From Gallionella sp. (GTDB lineage Bacteria > Pseudomonadota > Gammaproteobacteria > Burkholderiales > Gallionellaceae), in NCBI GenBank assembly GCA_036401875.1, contig DASWTZ010000004.1:355-64354 (forward strand): 64,000 nucleotides of DNA, given 5' to 3'. The notes under the pieces are model-generated. The model did not search any database. It saw only the letters and a list, made by a program, of their open reading frames with translations, and was not told the origin of the DNA. The position numbers and the translations under genes are program-made. Below are positions 21,001 to 31,291 of the stretch, piece by piece; the first letter of the stretch is position 1, and the number at the start of each line of letters is the position of its first letter.

Positions 21001-21558
21001 TTGCCTCTCAGGACGCCATCTCCCCGCACCCTCGCCGCCCACCTCAAGCGCGGCGGGCTGATCGCCTACCCCACCGAGTCCTGCTACGGCCTGGGGTGCG
21101 ATCCGCGCAATCGCCGCGCGGTGCTGCACATCCTGAAGTTGAAACAGCGGCCGCAGAAGAAGGGACTGATCCTGATCGCATCGGATTACCGCCAAGTGGC
21201 GCGCTACCTGCAACCGCTGACGCCTGCCGAACAGCAGCGGCTGGCGGACGACGGGGCGCGAGCGATCACCTTCCTGATGCCGGCCAGGCCTTCCTGCCCG
21301 CGCTGGCTACGCGGCGCGCATGACACGCTGGCGGTGCGGCTGACCGCCCACCCTTACGCGAGGCAGCTCTGCCGGGCGACCGACAGCGCGCTGGTTTCCA
21401 CCAGTGCAAACCGCAGCGGCCGGCGCCCGGCACGGACCTATGCCGAATGTCAGCGCCTGTTCGGGCGCAGCGTGCTGGTGCTGCCCGGGCAGGTGGGCCA
21501 CCGCCGCAAGCCCTCGACCATACGCGACTGGGCTGGTGGTAAAATCATCCGCAATTAA
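21001..21558 (+). CDS. tsaC: L-threonylcarbamoyladenylate synthase (TsaC/YrdC)
   Basis: [14 protein letters not shown], KxRxxxKGLI and STSAN motifs. Confidence 0.9.
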   Translation: MPLRTPSPRTLAAHLKRGGLIAYPTESCYGLGCDPRNRRAVLHILKLKQRPQKKGLILIASDYRQVARYLQPLTPAEQQRLADDGARAITFLMPARPSCPRWLRGAHDTLAVRLTAHPYARQLCRATDSALVSTSANRSGRRPARTYAECQRLFGRSVLVLPGQVGHRRKPSTIRDWAGGKIIRN

Positions 21559-21577
21559 AACGACACGGGAGAGCAGC

Positions 21578-22483
21578 ATGAGTGGTTTCAATTCCGCCGC
21601 AGTCAAGGAATATCTGTATGAGCTGCAAGACCTGATCGTCGCGCGCCTGGAACAAGTGGACGGCAGGAAGTTCCTGCGCGACAGCTGGGAGCGGCCCGAG
21701 GGCGGCGGCGGCCGCAGTTGCATCATTGAGGAGGGCAACGTGCTCGAACGCGGCGGCGTAGCGTTCTCCCATGTGAAGGGCGACAAGATGCCGCCCTCGG
21801 CGACCGCGCACCGCCCCGAGCTGGCCGGCCGCCGCTGGGAGGCGATGGGCGTGTCGCTGGTGATGCACCCGCGCAATCCCTATGCGCCGACCACCCATGC
21901 CAACGTGCGGATGTTCGTCGCGATGAAGGACGGCGAGGCACCGGTGTTCTGGTTCGGCGGCGGCATGGACCTCACGCCCTATTACGGCTTCGAGGAGGAC
22001 GCGGTGCATTTCCACCAGACCTGCAAGAACTCGCTGGCCCCGTTCGGCGACGAACTGTATCCGAAGTACAAGAAGTGGTGCGACGACTATTTCTTCCTGA
22101 AGCACCGCAACGAGCCGCGCGGCGTCGGCGGCATCTTTTTCGACGACTTGAACGAGCCGGACTTCGACACCGCCTTCGCGATCCAGCAGAGCGTCGGCGA
22201 CCATTTCCTGTCCGCCTATGTTCCTATCCTGGAACGCCGCATGAACACCACTTACGGCGACCGCGAGCGGGATTTCCAGCTGTACCGCCGGGGCCGCTAT
22301 GTCGAATTCAACCTGGTAATCGACCGGGGCACGATCTTCGGCCTGCAAACCAACGGGCGTACCGAGTCCATCCTGCTGTCGATGCCGCCGCTGGTGAAGT
22401 GGCGCTACAACTGGAGTCCCGAAAAGGGCACGCCCGAGGCGGAGCTGTACGAAAAATTCCTGGTGCCCAAAAACTGGGTTTGA
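21578..22483 (+). CDS. hemF: Oxygen-dependent coproporphyrinogen III oxidase
   Basis: [25 protein letters not shown] and [10 protein letters not shown] motifs. Confidence 0.96.
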   Translation: MSGFNSAAVKEYLYELQDLIVARLEQVDGRKFLRDSWERPEGGGGRSCIIEEGNVLERGGVAFSHVKGDKMPPSATAHRPELAGRRWEAMGVSLVMHPRNPYAPTTHANVRMFVAMKDGEAPVFWFGGGMDLTPYYGFEEDAVHFHQTCKNSLAPFGDELYPKYKKWCDDYFFLKHRNEPRGVGGIFFDDLNEPDFDTAFAIQQSVGDHFLSAYVPILERRMNTTYGDRERDFQLYRRGRYVEFNLVIDRGTIFGLQTNGRTESILLSMPPLVKWRYNWSPEKGTPEAELYEKFLVPKNWV

Positions 22484-22561
22484 TTGGCGGGTTTTATTCA
22501 CCCAGCCCGTGCCGCACATGCACGGGCATCGCAAAATGATGCCCTTCCCGATCCGGAAATG

Positions 22562-22594
22562 AAAACGCCCATGCCGACTCGGCATGGGCGTTTT
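22562..22594. terminator. Bidirectional intrinsic terminator between hemF and grxD
   Basis: aaaacgcccatgccga-c-tcggcatgggcgtttt perfect hairpin with A/T tails on both sides. Confidence 0.8.
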
Positions 22595-22641
22595 CCTTGT
22601 TTACTGTTGTGCCGCGGTTTACTGTCGAGCCGCGATGCGGC

Positions 22642-22956
22642 TCAACGCGCCAGCATCTGCTTCAACTCTCCGCTCTGGTACATCTCGGTCATGATGTCCG
22701 ACCCGCCGACGAACTCGCCGTTGATGTAGAGCTGCGGTATGGTCGGCCAGTTGGCGTAGTCCTTGATGCCCTGGCGGATCTCCGAGTCCTGCAGCACGTC
22801 CACCGAAAAGAAGTCATTGACGCCCAGCGCGCGGAGTATGCCGGCGGCGTTCGCCGAGAAGCCGCACTGCGGAAACTGCGGCGAACCTTTCATGTACAGC
22901 ACCACCTTGTGGGTGGTGACCTGCTCGTGGATGCGTTTCTGGATGTCTGTGCTCAT
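22642..22956 (-). CDS. grxD: Monothiol glutaredoxin Grx4
   Basis: PQCGFS and WPTIPQLY...GGSDI motifs. Confidence 0.96.
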   Translation of the reverse strand: MSTDIQKRIHEQVTTHKVVLYMKGSPQFPQCGFSANAAGILRALGVNDFFSVDVLQDSEIRQGIKDYANWPTIPQLYINGEFVGGSDIMTEMYQSGELKQMLAR

Positions 22957-23017
22957 GGTTCCATTACCCTAATCAAATAATCAGGAATTCTAGGCGGGCT
23001 GACTGGCAGCGTCAAGC

Positions 23018-23126
23018 TCAGAACAGGCCGCGGTTGATCAGCAGGTGCGCGCATATGCTGGACGCGTAGCCCGAGCGCGATTGCCGGCGTCCACTTCAGA
23101 TGACCGAAGAAGGTGTGGACGCCGCG
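23018..23126 (-). pseudogene. Remnant of the 3' end of an NhaD-family Na+/H+ antiporter gene
   Basis: The minus strand reads RGVHTFFGHLKWTPAIALG, then after a +1 frameshift YASSICAHLLINRGLF*. This resembles the C-terminus of proteobacterial NhaD. No upstream coding part is present. Confidence 0.65.
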
Positions 23127-23362
23127 CTCCTCCAGGGATTAGGCGTAGAACTTGAGTAAGCACATGAACGGATCGACACAATGTGCGCACCGGATCGATT
23201 TCAGAGAAAGATCAAGGCACGAATTCTATGCGCAGATGAATAAAGGAGAGAGTGCGGAAAACGGCGCCCCGCTTCCCGGCACGCATAACCCGGATGATGT
23301 CGGCTACAATCAAGTGACAGCTGCCAGTACATTCCTTGGAAAGCTGGTGACAGGAGGAAGCC

Positions 23363-24241
23363 ATGTCCAAGCCGCAACTCATCATCGCCGCGACCGATTT
23401 CTCGGCCAGAGCCCAGCGGGCCGTCCAGCAGGCAGCCCATCTGGCGCAGGTCTGGCAGGCAAGGCTGAATCTGGTGCACGTGTTCAACGACAGCATCTGG
23501 GCTCACCTCAGGTCCGTCTACGACCCGCTGCACAGGCCGGACGCCGACCCGGCAGGCAATGCACGCAACCGTCTGGCCGCGCTCGGCGAACAGGTTGCGC
23601 GCGAATCCGGCCTGAGCGTCGAAACCGATCTGCTGCATGGCCGCGCCTCGCAGCAGATCGGCGCATATGCTGCCAGCAGCGGCGCCGGGATGCTGGTCGT
23701 CGGCGAACACGGCGAAAGCCTGGTCAGCCGCATGGTGCTGGGCGGCACCGCGCTCAAGGTGCTGGAGGCTGCGCGCATCCCGGTACTGCTGGTGCGCCGT
23801 GCCACCCCCGACTACCGCAGCGTGCTTGTCGCCACCGACTTCTCCGCTTCGTCAGCGCGCGCCGCACGGCTGTCGCTGGACTGTTTCCCGCAGGCCAGGC
23901 ATTCCCTGGTTCACGCCTGGATGGTGCCGTTTGAGGCGAGCATGCGCATGGGCGGGGCGCGCGACGAAGACATCGAGCATTACCGCGAGCGCGAGTTCGC
24001 CACCGCAAGCGCCGAGTTGGACACCTTCGTGCAGCAGTGCGGGAAGGACCGCGGCGATATGCAGCAGCTGGCATTGTATGGCGCACCCGCCGCAGTGGTA
24101 CTCGATCAAGCCGAGGCCGGCGCCTGCGATCTGATCGCCATCGGCAAGCATGGCGGCGACTACACCGAAGAGTTGCTGCTCGGCAGCGTGACGCAGAACA
24201 TCCTGTATCACGCCGAATGCGATGTGCTGTTGAGCCCCTGA
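23363..24241 (+). CDS. Tandem universal stress protein (two USP domains)
   Basis: Two ATDFS motifs, plus LGGTALKVL and LLLGSVTQNIL. AGGAGG RBS. Confidence 0.92.
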   Translation: MSKPQLIIAATDFSARAQRAVQQAAHLAQVWQARLNLVHVFNDSIWAHLRSVYDPLHRPDADPAGNARNRLAALGEQVARESGLSVETDLLHGRASQQIGAYAASSGAGMLVVGEHGESLVSRMVLGGTALKVLEAARIPVLLVRRATPDYRSVLVATDFSASSARAARLSLDCFPQARHSLVHAWMVPFEASMRMGGARDEDIEHYREREFATASAELDTFVQQCGKDRGDMQQLALYGAPAAVVLDQAEAGACDLIAIGKHGGDYTEELLLGSVTQNILYHAECDVLLSP

Positions 24242-24242
24242 A

Positions 24243-25943
24243 ATGGCGCACCTGGTCCAGATCATCCTGCTGCTGGCGGTGACGGTCGCCGTGGTGCTGG
24301 TGTTCCAGCGCCTGAAGGTCCCGACCGCGATGGGCTACCTGCTGGCCGGGGTGATCCTCGGGCCGCATACCGCCGGGCCGACCGTCTATGTGCCCGAGTT
24401 CAGGGCTCTGGCCGAGTTCGGCGTAGTGTTCCTGCTGTTCACCATCGGACTGAATTTCTCGCTGCCGCAACTGCATGCACTGCGTCATCAGGTGCTCGGA
24501 CTGGGTGCCGGCCAGGTACTGCTGACCACACTGCTGGTCGGACTGGTGGTGTGGCTGGCGGGATTGCCGGCCCCGGTCGCATTCGTGATCGGTGCGGTGT
24601 TCGCGCAATCCTCCACCACCATCATCGGCAGCCTGCTCGCCGAGCAGGGGGAGGAGAACAGCCCGCATGGTCGTCTCGGTCTGGCCATGTCGGTGTTTCA
24701 GGATGTAACCGCGGTGCCGTTTCTGGTCATCATCCCGGTGCTGGGCCTCGCGGTCGGCGCATGGGCGCTTACCGGCGCGCTGGGCTGGGCCATGATCAAG
24801 GCGGCGTTCGCCTTCGCGCTGGTGTTCTTCGCCGGGCGCTGGCTGCTGCGCCCGCTGTTCCACCTAGTCGCCGAGCGCCGCTCGGTCGAAGTATTCACAC
24901 TGGCGGTGCTGCTAGTCGCGCTGCTGGCTGCCTGGACTACCAGCAGCTTCGGCTTGTCGCTGGCGTTCGGCGCTTTCCTCGCCGGTATGATGCTGGGCGA
25001 GACCGAATTCCGTCACCAGGTGGAATCCAGCATCCGGCCGTTCCGCGACGTGCTGCTGGGCATCTTCTTTGTCGGCATCGGCATGCGTTTCGATCCGGCG
25101 GCGATCCCGCCGATCTGGCACTGGGCGCTACTCGGCGCGCTGCTGCTGTTGCTCAGCAAGACGCTGATCGTCTCCGCGATGATGCGCAGGAGCGGAATCG
25201 ACGCCATTCTGTCCTGGCGCACCGGACTGCTGCTGGCAGTCGGCGGTGAATTCGGCCTAGCGCTGATCGCTATCGCGCTGGATACAGGCGTGATCGATGA
25301 CCTGCTGGGGCAGATCATCATTACTGCGGTGTTGCTGTCGCTGGTAATCGGGGCGGTACTGATCCGCTTCAACCACGCCATCGCCGTCCGTTTGGCTGGA
25401 GCGGCACGAGGGCGGCAGGTGGTGCTGGACGAGGTGCTGGGTACAGCCGAGCAGCAGGTGGTAGTCGGTGGCTACGGCCGCGTTGGCCATGTCATCGCCG
25501 TGTTACTGAAGGATTCAGGCATCCCATTTGTGGTGTTCGACAACGATGTGAAACAGGTCGCAAAAGGTCGCGCCGATGGCCATCCGGTGCAATACGGCGA
25601 CATCTCCGATCCGGAATTGCTCTCCGCCATCCGCGTCGAGCGCGCGGCGCTGGTTGTGCTCACCATAGACCAGGCCGCACTGGCGTTGCGCACCGTGCAG
25701 TTCCTGCGCAAGCATTGCCCGCAGGTGCCGGTGGTCGCGCGCGCGCGTGACCTGCAGGCCAGCTCGCTACTTCTGCAGGCCGGCGCCACCCACGCCCATC
25801 CGGAGGCCATCGAAGCCAGCCTGCGTCTCGGCGAAATCGCGCTGCAGCTCCTGAAGCGCTCGCCGGAGGAGATCGAACTGGTATTGCGCGGAGTGCGTGA
25901 TTCCGACTATCAACCGCTGCAGGGCGGACGGGAGCCCGGATAG
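24243..25943 (+). CDS. CPA2-family cation:proton antiporter with C-terminal TrkA-N (KefB/KefC-like)
   Basis: AEFGVVFLLFTIGL, FQD and GAFLAG motifs, cytoplasmic GYGRVG...YGD domain. Confidence 0.9.
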   Translation: MAHLVQIILLLAVTVAVVLVFQRLKVPTAMGYLLAGVILGPHTAGPTVYVPEFRALAEFGVVFLLFTIGLNFSLPQLHALRHQVLGLGAGQVLLTTLLVGLVVWLAGLPAPVAFVIGAVFAQSSTTIIGSLLAEQGEENSPHGRLGLAMSVFQDVTAVPFLVIIPVLGLAVGAWALTGALGWAMIKAAFAFALVFFAGRWLLRPLFHLVAERRSVEVFTLAVLLVALLAAWTTSSFGLSLAFGAFLAGMMLGETEFRHQVESSIRPFRDVLLGIFFVGIGMRFDPAAIPPIWHWALLGALLLLLSKTLIVSAMMRRSGIDAILSWRTGLLLAVGGEFGLALIAIALDTGVIDDLLGQIIITAVLLSLVIGAVLIRFNHAIAVRLAGAARGRQVVLDEVLGTAEQQVVVGGYGRVGHVIAVLLKDSGIPFVVFDNDVKQVAKGRADGHPVQYGDISDPELLSAIRVERAALVVLTIDQAALALRTVQFLRKHCPQVPVVARARDLQASSLLLQAGATHAHPEAIEASLRLGEIALQLLKRSPEEIELVLRGVRDSDYQPLQGGREPG

Positions 25944-25947
25944 GCCC

Positions 25948-27537
25948 TCAGCGCGCCGGCAGCGCGTCGCGTTCCAGCAGCAGTGCAGCCTTGACCGCCT
26001 GTTCGATGGCGCGGCGAGTCATGCTGGCCATGCGCAGCTGCGCCTCCATCTCCGCCACGGTCAACTCGCCCTGGGCGCCCGCCTCCAGCAGCCGTGCCTT
26101 CAGGGTCTGGTAGTGGTCCTGCAGCGTTTGCAGCGCGTCATTCACCGCCTGACGGTCGTCGAGGCGCGCGGCCGGATCGACGGTCTCCAGCAGCGCCTCG
26201 GCCTGGGCGCCGAACTTCGAAGCCTCGGGCGGTGCGGCAATGGGCAGTTCGCGCCGCACCCCCGCCATGTCCCGCGCCAGTTCCGCCAGCGTTTCGTAAT
26301 AGCGCGCAATGCGCAGCACCTCGGGCAGGCGGCGCGCGCTGTCGGCGGACAGCGTCGTGCGGCTCAGCTGCATTACGAAATCGGCGATCGCTCGGTTCAG
26401 CGCGAGCACGACCTGGCGTTCGCGCGTCAGCTTGTCCGGACCGGTACCTGGGTCGCGCAGCATGTTCAGCGCGATGATGCCCATGCGCCGCGTCTCCTGG
26501 AGCAGCGCGTCCAGCGCCAGCGCCGGGACACCGAGCAGGTTGGCGTCCAGATGGCGCGGTCGCGCCTCGTCCTCCTCGGCGGTGCGGAAACGGCGTTGCA
26601 GGAAGCCTGTCAGACTCTCCGCCAGCGGCCACATCAGCGCCACGCCGAGCAGGTTGAACACGGTGTGGAACAGCGCGAGGAAGGCCGCTGGCGCCGGGTC
26701 CAGCTGCAGCAGGTCGCGCAGCAGGCCGAGCAGCGCGATCAGCAGCGGCAACAACAGCAGCGCCACAGCGCCGGTGATGACATTGAACAGCACATGGGCG
26801 CTGGCGGCACGCTTGGCGTTGGGCGTAGCACCGATTGCGGCGATCAGCGCGGTCACCGTGGTGCCGACGTTGGCGCCGATCACCACCGCGGCGGCCGCCT
26901 CGATGCTGATCATGCCGCTCTCGGCGGCGGTGAAGGCCAGCACCAGCGAGGCGGCCGATGCCTGCATCAGAACGGTCATCAGGATGCCGGACAGCACCAT
27001 CACCAAGATGCCCAGCATGCCCTCGAACTCGCGCAACGAGACGCCGCTGGCGCTGCTGGCGAATGATTCCTTCAGAAGGTCGATGCCGAGGAACAGCACG
27101 CCGAAACCGGCCAGCGCCAGCCCCAGCGCGCCGCGGCGCGTGGCGCCGCCGGACAGACGCAGTGCCATGCCGAGGCCGATCAGCGGCAGCGCCAGCGCGT
27201 CGATCTTTAATTTGAGCCCGACCAGCGCCACCAGCCAGCCGGTGACTGTGGTGCCGACATTGGACCCGAACAGCACCCACAGCGACTGGCCCAACGTGAG
27301 CAGACCGGCGTTAACGAAGCCGATCGCGGCCACCGTGACCGCGCTGGAGGACTGCACCAGCGCGGTGACCAGCGTGCCCGCCGCCAACCCGCGCAACCGG
27401 GTGCGTGTCGAAGCGGTCAGGATGCGTTCCAACGCGGGGCCGGCGGCGAGCTTCATGCCGTCGGTCATCAGCTCCATGCCGAGCAGGAACAAGCCGATAC
27501 CCCCGAGCAGGGCGCCGATGGAGGTCCAGTCGCTCAT
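25948..27537 (-). CDS. Na/Pi cotransporter family protein
   Basis: LVQSSSA...GSNVGTT and second repeat MQASAAS...GANVGTT, followed by a helical PhoU-like C-terminus. Confidence 0.9.
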   Translation of the reverse strand: MSDWTSIGALLGGIGLFLLGMELMTDGMKLAAGPALERILTASTRTRLRGLAAGTLVTALVQSSSAVTVAAIGFVNAGLLTLGQSLWVLFGSNVGTTVTGWLVALVGLKLKIDALALPLIGLGMALRLSGGATRRGALGLALAGFGVLFLGIDLLKESFASSASGVSLREFEGMLGILVMVLSGILMTVLMQASAASLVLAFTAAESGMISIEAAAAVVIGANVGTTVTALIAAIGATPNAKRAASAHVLFNVITGAVALLLLPLLIALLGLLRDLLQLDPAPAAFLALFHTVFNLLGVALMWPLAESLTGFLQRRFRTAEEDEARPRHLDANLLGVPALALDALLQETRRMGIIALNMLRDPGTGPDKLTRERQVVLALNRAIADFVMQLSRTTLSADSARRLPEVLRIARYYETLAELARDMAGVRRELPIAAPPEASKFGAQAEALLETVDPAARLDDRQAVNDALQTLQDHYQTLKARLLEAGAQGELTVAEMEAQLRMASMTRRAIEQAVKAALLLERDALPAR

Positions 27538-27568
27538 TGCGCGTGTTTATCCCTGAGGCGCGGGTGGA

Positions 27569-28777
27569 TCAACCCGTCCGTCCGTAGAACCATTTCAGCA
27601 GGAACGGCGGCGCCATCGTAGTCAGCGCGATGACGATCAGCATCGCCGCATACAACTCTCCATTGAGGATGCCCTGACTGAAGCCGAGCTGCGCGAAAAT
27701 CAGGCCGACCTCCCCGCGCGGGATCATCGACAGTCCGATGGCCATCTGGTTGTGGCGCGGCTCGCGTATGAAAAAACCGGCTGCGAACTTGCCGATAAAC
27801 GCGACCGCGAGCAGCGAGCCCGCAAGCAACCACACGAAACTGGAGCCCCAGTCCACTGCGCCCAGATTCAATGATACGCCGACCATCACGAAAAACAGCG
27901 GCGAGAAGGTGTGGATCAACGGACGCACCTGCTCTTCGAGCCGGTGAGCCAGTTTCGGGCTGGGCTGGAAAATGAGCTTCGTTCGCCCCATCGGAAACTT
28001 GAAACCGAAATGCTGGCTGAACGCGAGTCCTGCCGCGAAACCCCCCATGATCTCGGGTGCGCCGACCGCATGCGCCAGCCAAGAGAACAGCAGGATCAGC
28101 GACAACGCCATCGTCAGCAACAGGCCGGGCGAAGCGGCATGCTGGTCGAGACGGTCGATCACCACTGCAGCCAGTTTGGCGACGATGGGGGCCAGCACCA
28201 TGAACAGCACGATGTACAGGCTCACTTCGCCCAGCGCATGGAAGGACACCTGCTTCTCCACCGCGAACTGGTACAGGAACGCCAGCGCCAGCACGCCGAG
28301 GATGTCGTCCAACACCGCCGCGCCGATGACGATCTGCGCCTCATCCGAGTGGCGTTTGCCCAGGCCGTCAAGCACGCGCACGGTGATGCCGATGCTGGTC
28401 GCCGTCAGCGTGCCGCCGATGAACAGCGCGACCAGGCCGGGCAGGCCGAACACAAAGGTGCTGACGCCGTAACCCAGCGCGAACGGCAGCGCAAACCCAA
28501 CCACCGCGACGACATAGGGTTTGGTGCCGGAGCGCGCGAGGCGCGTCAGGTTCGTGTCCATGCCGACCTCGAACAGCAGCAGGATGATGCCGATCTCGGC
28601 GAGCAGCTTCATCGTCGTGTCCGGCGACACCCAGCCCAGCAGCGACGGGCCAATCAGCAGGCCGGCCAGCAGTTCGCCGATCACCGGCGGCACGCCAAAG
28701 CGGGCGACAGTTTCGGACAGCAGCCGCGCGGCGATCAGGATGATCGCGAGAAAGAGGAAAAACTGGTGCAACTCCAT
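27569..28777 (-). CDS. CPA2-family cation:proton antiporter (NapA/GerN-like, no regulatory domain)
   Basis: GELLAG, ATSIGIT, AAVLDDILG and MIPRGEVGLIFA motifs. Confidence 0.88.
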   Translation of the reverse strand: MELHQFFLFLAIILIAARLLSETVARFGVPPVIGELLAGLLIGPSLLGWVSPDTTMKLLAEIGIILLLFEVGMDTNLTRLARSGTKPYVVAVVGFALPFALGYGVSTFVFGLPGLVALFIGGTLTATSIGITVRVLDGLGKRHSDEAQIVIGAAVLDDILGVLALAFLYQFAVEKQVSFHALGEVSLYIVLFMVLAPIVAKLAAVVIDRLDQHAASPGLLLTMALSLILLFSWLAHAVGAPEIMGGFAAGLAFSQHFGFKFPMGRTKLIFQPSPKLAHRLEEQVRPLIHTFSPLFFVMVGVSLNLGAVDWGSSFVWLLAGSLLAVAFIGKFAAGFFIREPRHNQMAIGLSMIPRGEVGLIFAQLGFSQGILNGELYAAMLIVIALTTMAPPFLLKWFYGRTG

Positions 28778-28953
28778 GGGCACTCCCGGGATAACAATGA
28801 CCGAACTGATTACATGCGGGATGATAACACCTGGAAAAAGCAGGCCAGGTTCTCACCCTGACAGTGAAAGTCAGGGGCCAACACGTGCAAGCAGATTCCG
28901 AACAGCTCGCGCGCCTTGGCGCTGGCCGGGCGCGGCTGGCGGTGTTCCCGCCG

Positions 28954-30216
28954 CTAGTTATCTGACGGGAGGGAGCGCACTTTCATGGTATCGCCGAACG
29001 GCTTGCCCAGTATGCGGGAATAGAAGCTGCGCACCCACGGGTACGGATAGGCCATCACCAGCAACGCACTCAAACTGATGCTAACCAGCACCACCATATA
29101 AGTGGTGTCGCGTATGGCCTCGCCGCCGGCAACCCCATATTGCAGCGGCAGCGCCGCCAGCACCGCGGCCGCCAGCCCCTTGGGCGCCATCATCGAGGTG
29201 AAGGCGGTGTCGCGCAGACCGTAGTCTGGGCTGCGGAACACCAGCCGGGTCAGCCCGGTGCGCATCGCGAACACCAGCAGCACCATGATCACCGCCACGA
29301 CAGCGAGATAGGGTTCGCTGAAGCGGATGGAGATGCCCAGATAGATGAAGAAGTAGGTCTTCAGCAAAAATACTGCCTCGCGATAAAAGCTCAGGTCCAC
29401 CTCGTTGAGCGGCTCCAGCCTGCGATCCAGATTCTGGATGCGGTGCAGGCCGAACTTCTCGTAGTTGGTCAGCGTGACACCCAGCGCCAGTGCGGCGATC
29501 GCGCCGGAGAAGCCCAGCCCCTCGGTCGCGCCGTAGACGATGAACACATAAGCCAGCGTGGAAGAGATGGTGTTGGGGAAGTCGCGTACCTTGCCCAGCA
29601 CCAGCAGCCAGCCGATGCCGCCCAGCACGCCGATGACCGCCGCAAAAAACAGCGCAGCGACCACACTGCCGGCCAGACGGCCGGGCTCGACGCCGCCCTG
29701 GCTGTAGACCTGCAGCAGCGCGAACACGCCGACGATGCACAGCACGTCGGTCAGCGCGGATTCGAGCACCAGCACGGTGGCAGGCTTGTCCGACAGGCGC
29801 AGCGCGCTCACCATGGGGATCACCACCGCAGACGAAGTGCCACCCAGCGTGAAGCCTAGCAGGGTCGCGGGCAGCGGCTCCAGACCCAGCAGATAAAATC
29901 CGAGCAGGGCGACGATGGCCGCGGTCAGCAGGAAGCAGGAGAACGTCAGTACGCCGGTGGTCTTGAGCGAATTGCCCAGCACATGCAGGTTGAGCGAAGT
30001 GCCGCTCTCGAACAGGATCACCACCAGCGCGATCGTGGCAATCAGCGAACCAACCTTGCCGAAATCGTCCGGTGTAACGATGCCGGCCAGCGGGCCGAGC
30101 GCAATGCCGATCAGCATCAGCAGCAGCACGTCGGGGACATGGGTCTTGCGGAACTGGAGCGACAGGAAGTGCGCCAGAAACACCAGCACACCTATGACGA
30201 GTATCGTTGTAGACAT
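28954..30216 (-). CDS. CPA1-family (NhaP-like) cation:proton antiporter
   Basis: GGTSSAVV, LESALTD and PKGLAAAVLA motifs with about 12 TM segments. Start at 30216, with TATAAT on the minus strand at 30244-30249. Confidence 0.82.
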   Translation of the reverse strand: MSTTILVIGVLVFLAHFLSLQFRKTHVPDVLLLMLIGIALGPLAGIVTPDDFGKVGSLIATIALVVILFESGTSLNLHVLGNSLKTTGVLTFSCFLLTAAIVALLGFYLLGLEPLPATLLGFTLGGTSSAVVIPMVSALRLSDKPATVLVLESALTDVLCIVGVFALLQVYSQGGVEPGRLAGSVVAALFFAAVIGVLGGIGWLLVLGKVRDFPNTISSTLAYVFIVYGATEGLGFSGAIAALALGVTLTNYEKFGLHRIQNLDRRLEPLNEVDLSFYREAVFLLKTYFFIYLGISIRFSEPYLAVVAVIMVLLVFAMRTGLTRLVFRSPDYGLRDTAFTSMMAPKGLAAAVLAALPLQYGVAGGEAIRDTTYMVVLVSISLSALLVMAYPYPWVRSFYSRILGKPFGDTMKVRSLPSDN

Positions 30217-30331
30217 AATGCAACCCCGGATTGAATGCGGCCGATTATAACCGACGACCTCGCGGTCACCGCACCGCCGCTCGCGCGGCCACCTGCTAGA
30301 ATCGGCCATCCGAACAGACAGGACAGATGAC

Positions 30332-31216
30332 ATGGAAAACCTCCCGCTCGCCCCATACCTGCATATCTCGAAGGACCTGCTGCGCGTTCTTGCGATCCTC
30401 GTGCTGGCCTGGCTGTTGATGCAGATCAGCCGAAAACTGATCCGCCTGTTCCGCAACTACATGAACGCGCGCAGCGGTTCGGCCGAGGAATCGCGCCGCA
30501 TCGAGACGCTGGCGCGCGTATTCCGGTACATCTCCACGGTGGTGATCTCACTGGTCGCAGGCATGCTGGCGCTCTCCGAGCTCGGCCTCTCCATCGCGCC
30601 CATCCTCGGCGCGGCAGGCGTGGTGGGCCTTGCGGTCGGTTTCGGCGCCCAGAGCCTGATCAAGGATTTCTTCAACGGCTTCTTCATGCTGCTGGAGAAC
30701 CAGATCCGCCAGGGCGATGTGGTCGAGATCGCGGGCAAGACCGGCACGGTGGAGGACATCACGCTGCGTTATGTGTGCCTGCGCGATTTCGAGGGCAGCG
30801 TGCACTACGTGCCCAACGGCCTGATCACCACCGTGACCAACAAGTCGCGCGGCTATGCCTACGCGGTGATTGATGTCAGCATCGCCTACCGCGAGAGCAT
30901 AGACGAGGCCTGCGCGGTGATGCGCGAAGTGGCCGCAGAACTGCGCGCGGCGGAAGGTTACGCAGAAGAAATACTGGAGGACATCGATATCGCCGGCGTA
31001 CAGGACTGGGGTGAATCGGCCATTGTCATACGCTGCCGCTTCAAGACGGTGGCACTGGAGCAGTGGGGTGTGCGCCGCGAGTTCCTGCGGCGCCTGAAAA
31101 ACGCTTTCGACGCGCGCGGCATCGAGATTCCCTACCCGCACCTGACCCTCTATGCCGGACAGGACAAGCAGGGAAACGCGCCGGCATTCCGCACAATCCG
31201 CCAGGATGCCGGATAG
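30332..31216 (+). CDS. MscS-family mechanosensitive channel (YbiO/YkuT-like)
   Basis: GVVGLAVGFGAQSLIKD, ENQIRQGD, YVPNG and GIEIPYP motifs. Confidence 0.9.
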   Translation: MENLPLAPYLHISKDLLRVLAILVLAWLLMQISRKLIRLFRNYMNARSGSAEESRRIETLARVFRYISTVVISLVAGMLALSELGLSIAPILGAAGVVGLAVGFGAQSLIKDFFNGFFMLLENQIRQGDVVEIAGKTGTVEDITLRYVCLRDFEGSVHYVPNGLITTVTNKSRGYAYAVIDVSIAYRESIDEACAVMREVAAELRAAEGYAEEILEDIDIAGVQDWGESAIVIRCRFKTVALEQWGVRREFLRRLKNAFDARGIEIPYPHLTLYAGQDKQGNAPAFRTIRQDAG

Positions 31217-31291
31217 CGACTCCGGCAATGGTACAATCGGCCGCTCCCTCGACAGGTCTTCAACCCGCAATAACAAATGAGAGAGCGTCAC

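Noticed and set aside
23085-23124. 10-bp inverted repeat cggcgtccac...gtggacgccg
   Set aside because: It lies within the nhaD remnant and has no U-tract, so it is probably incidental.
28790-28900. Two hairpins upstream of the CPA2 antiporter, considered as a Na+/Li+ riboswitch
   Set aside because: I could not match conserved nhaA-I/II or DUF1646 motif nucleotides by eye. An Infernal/Rfam scan would be needed.
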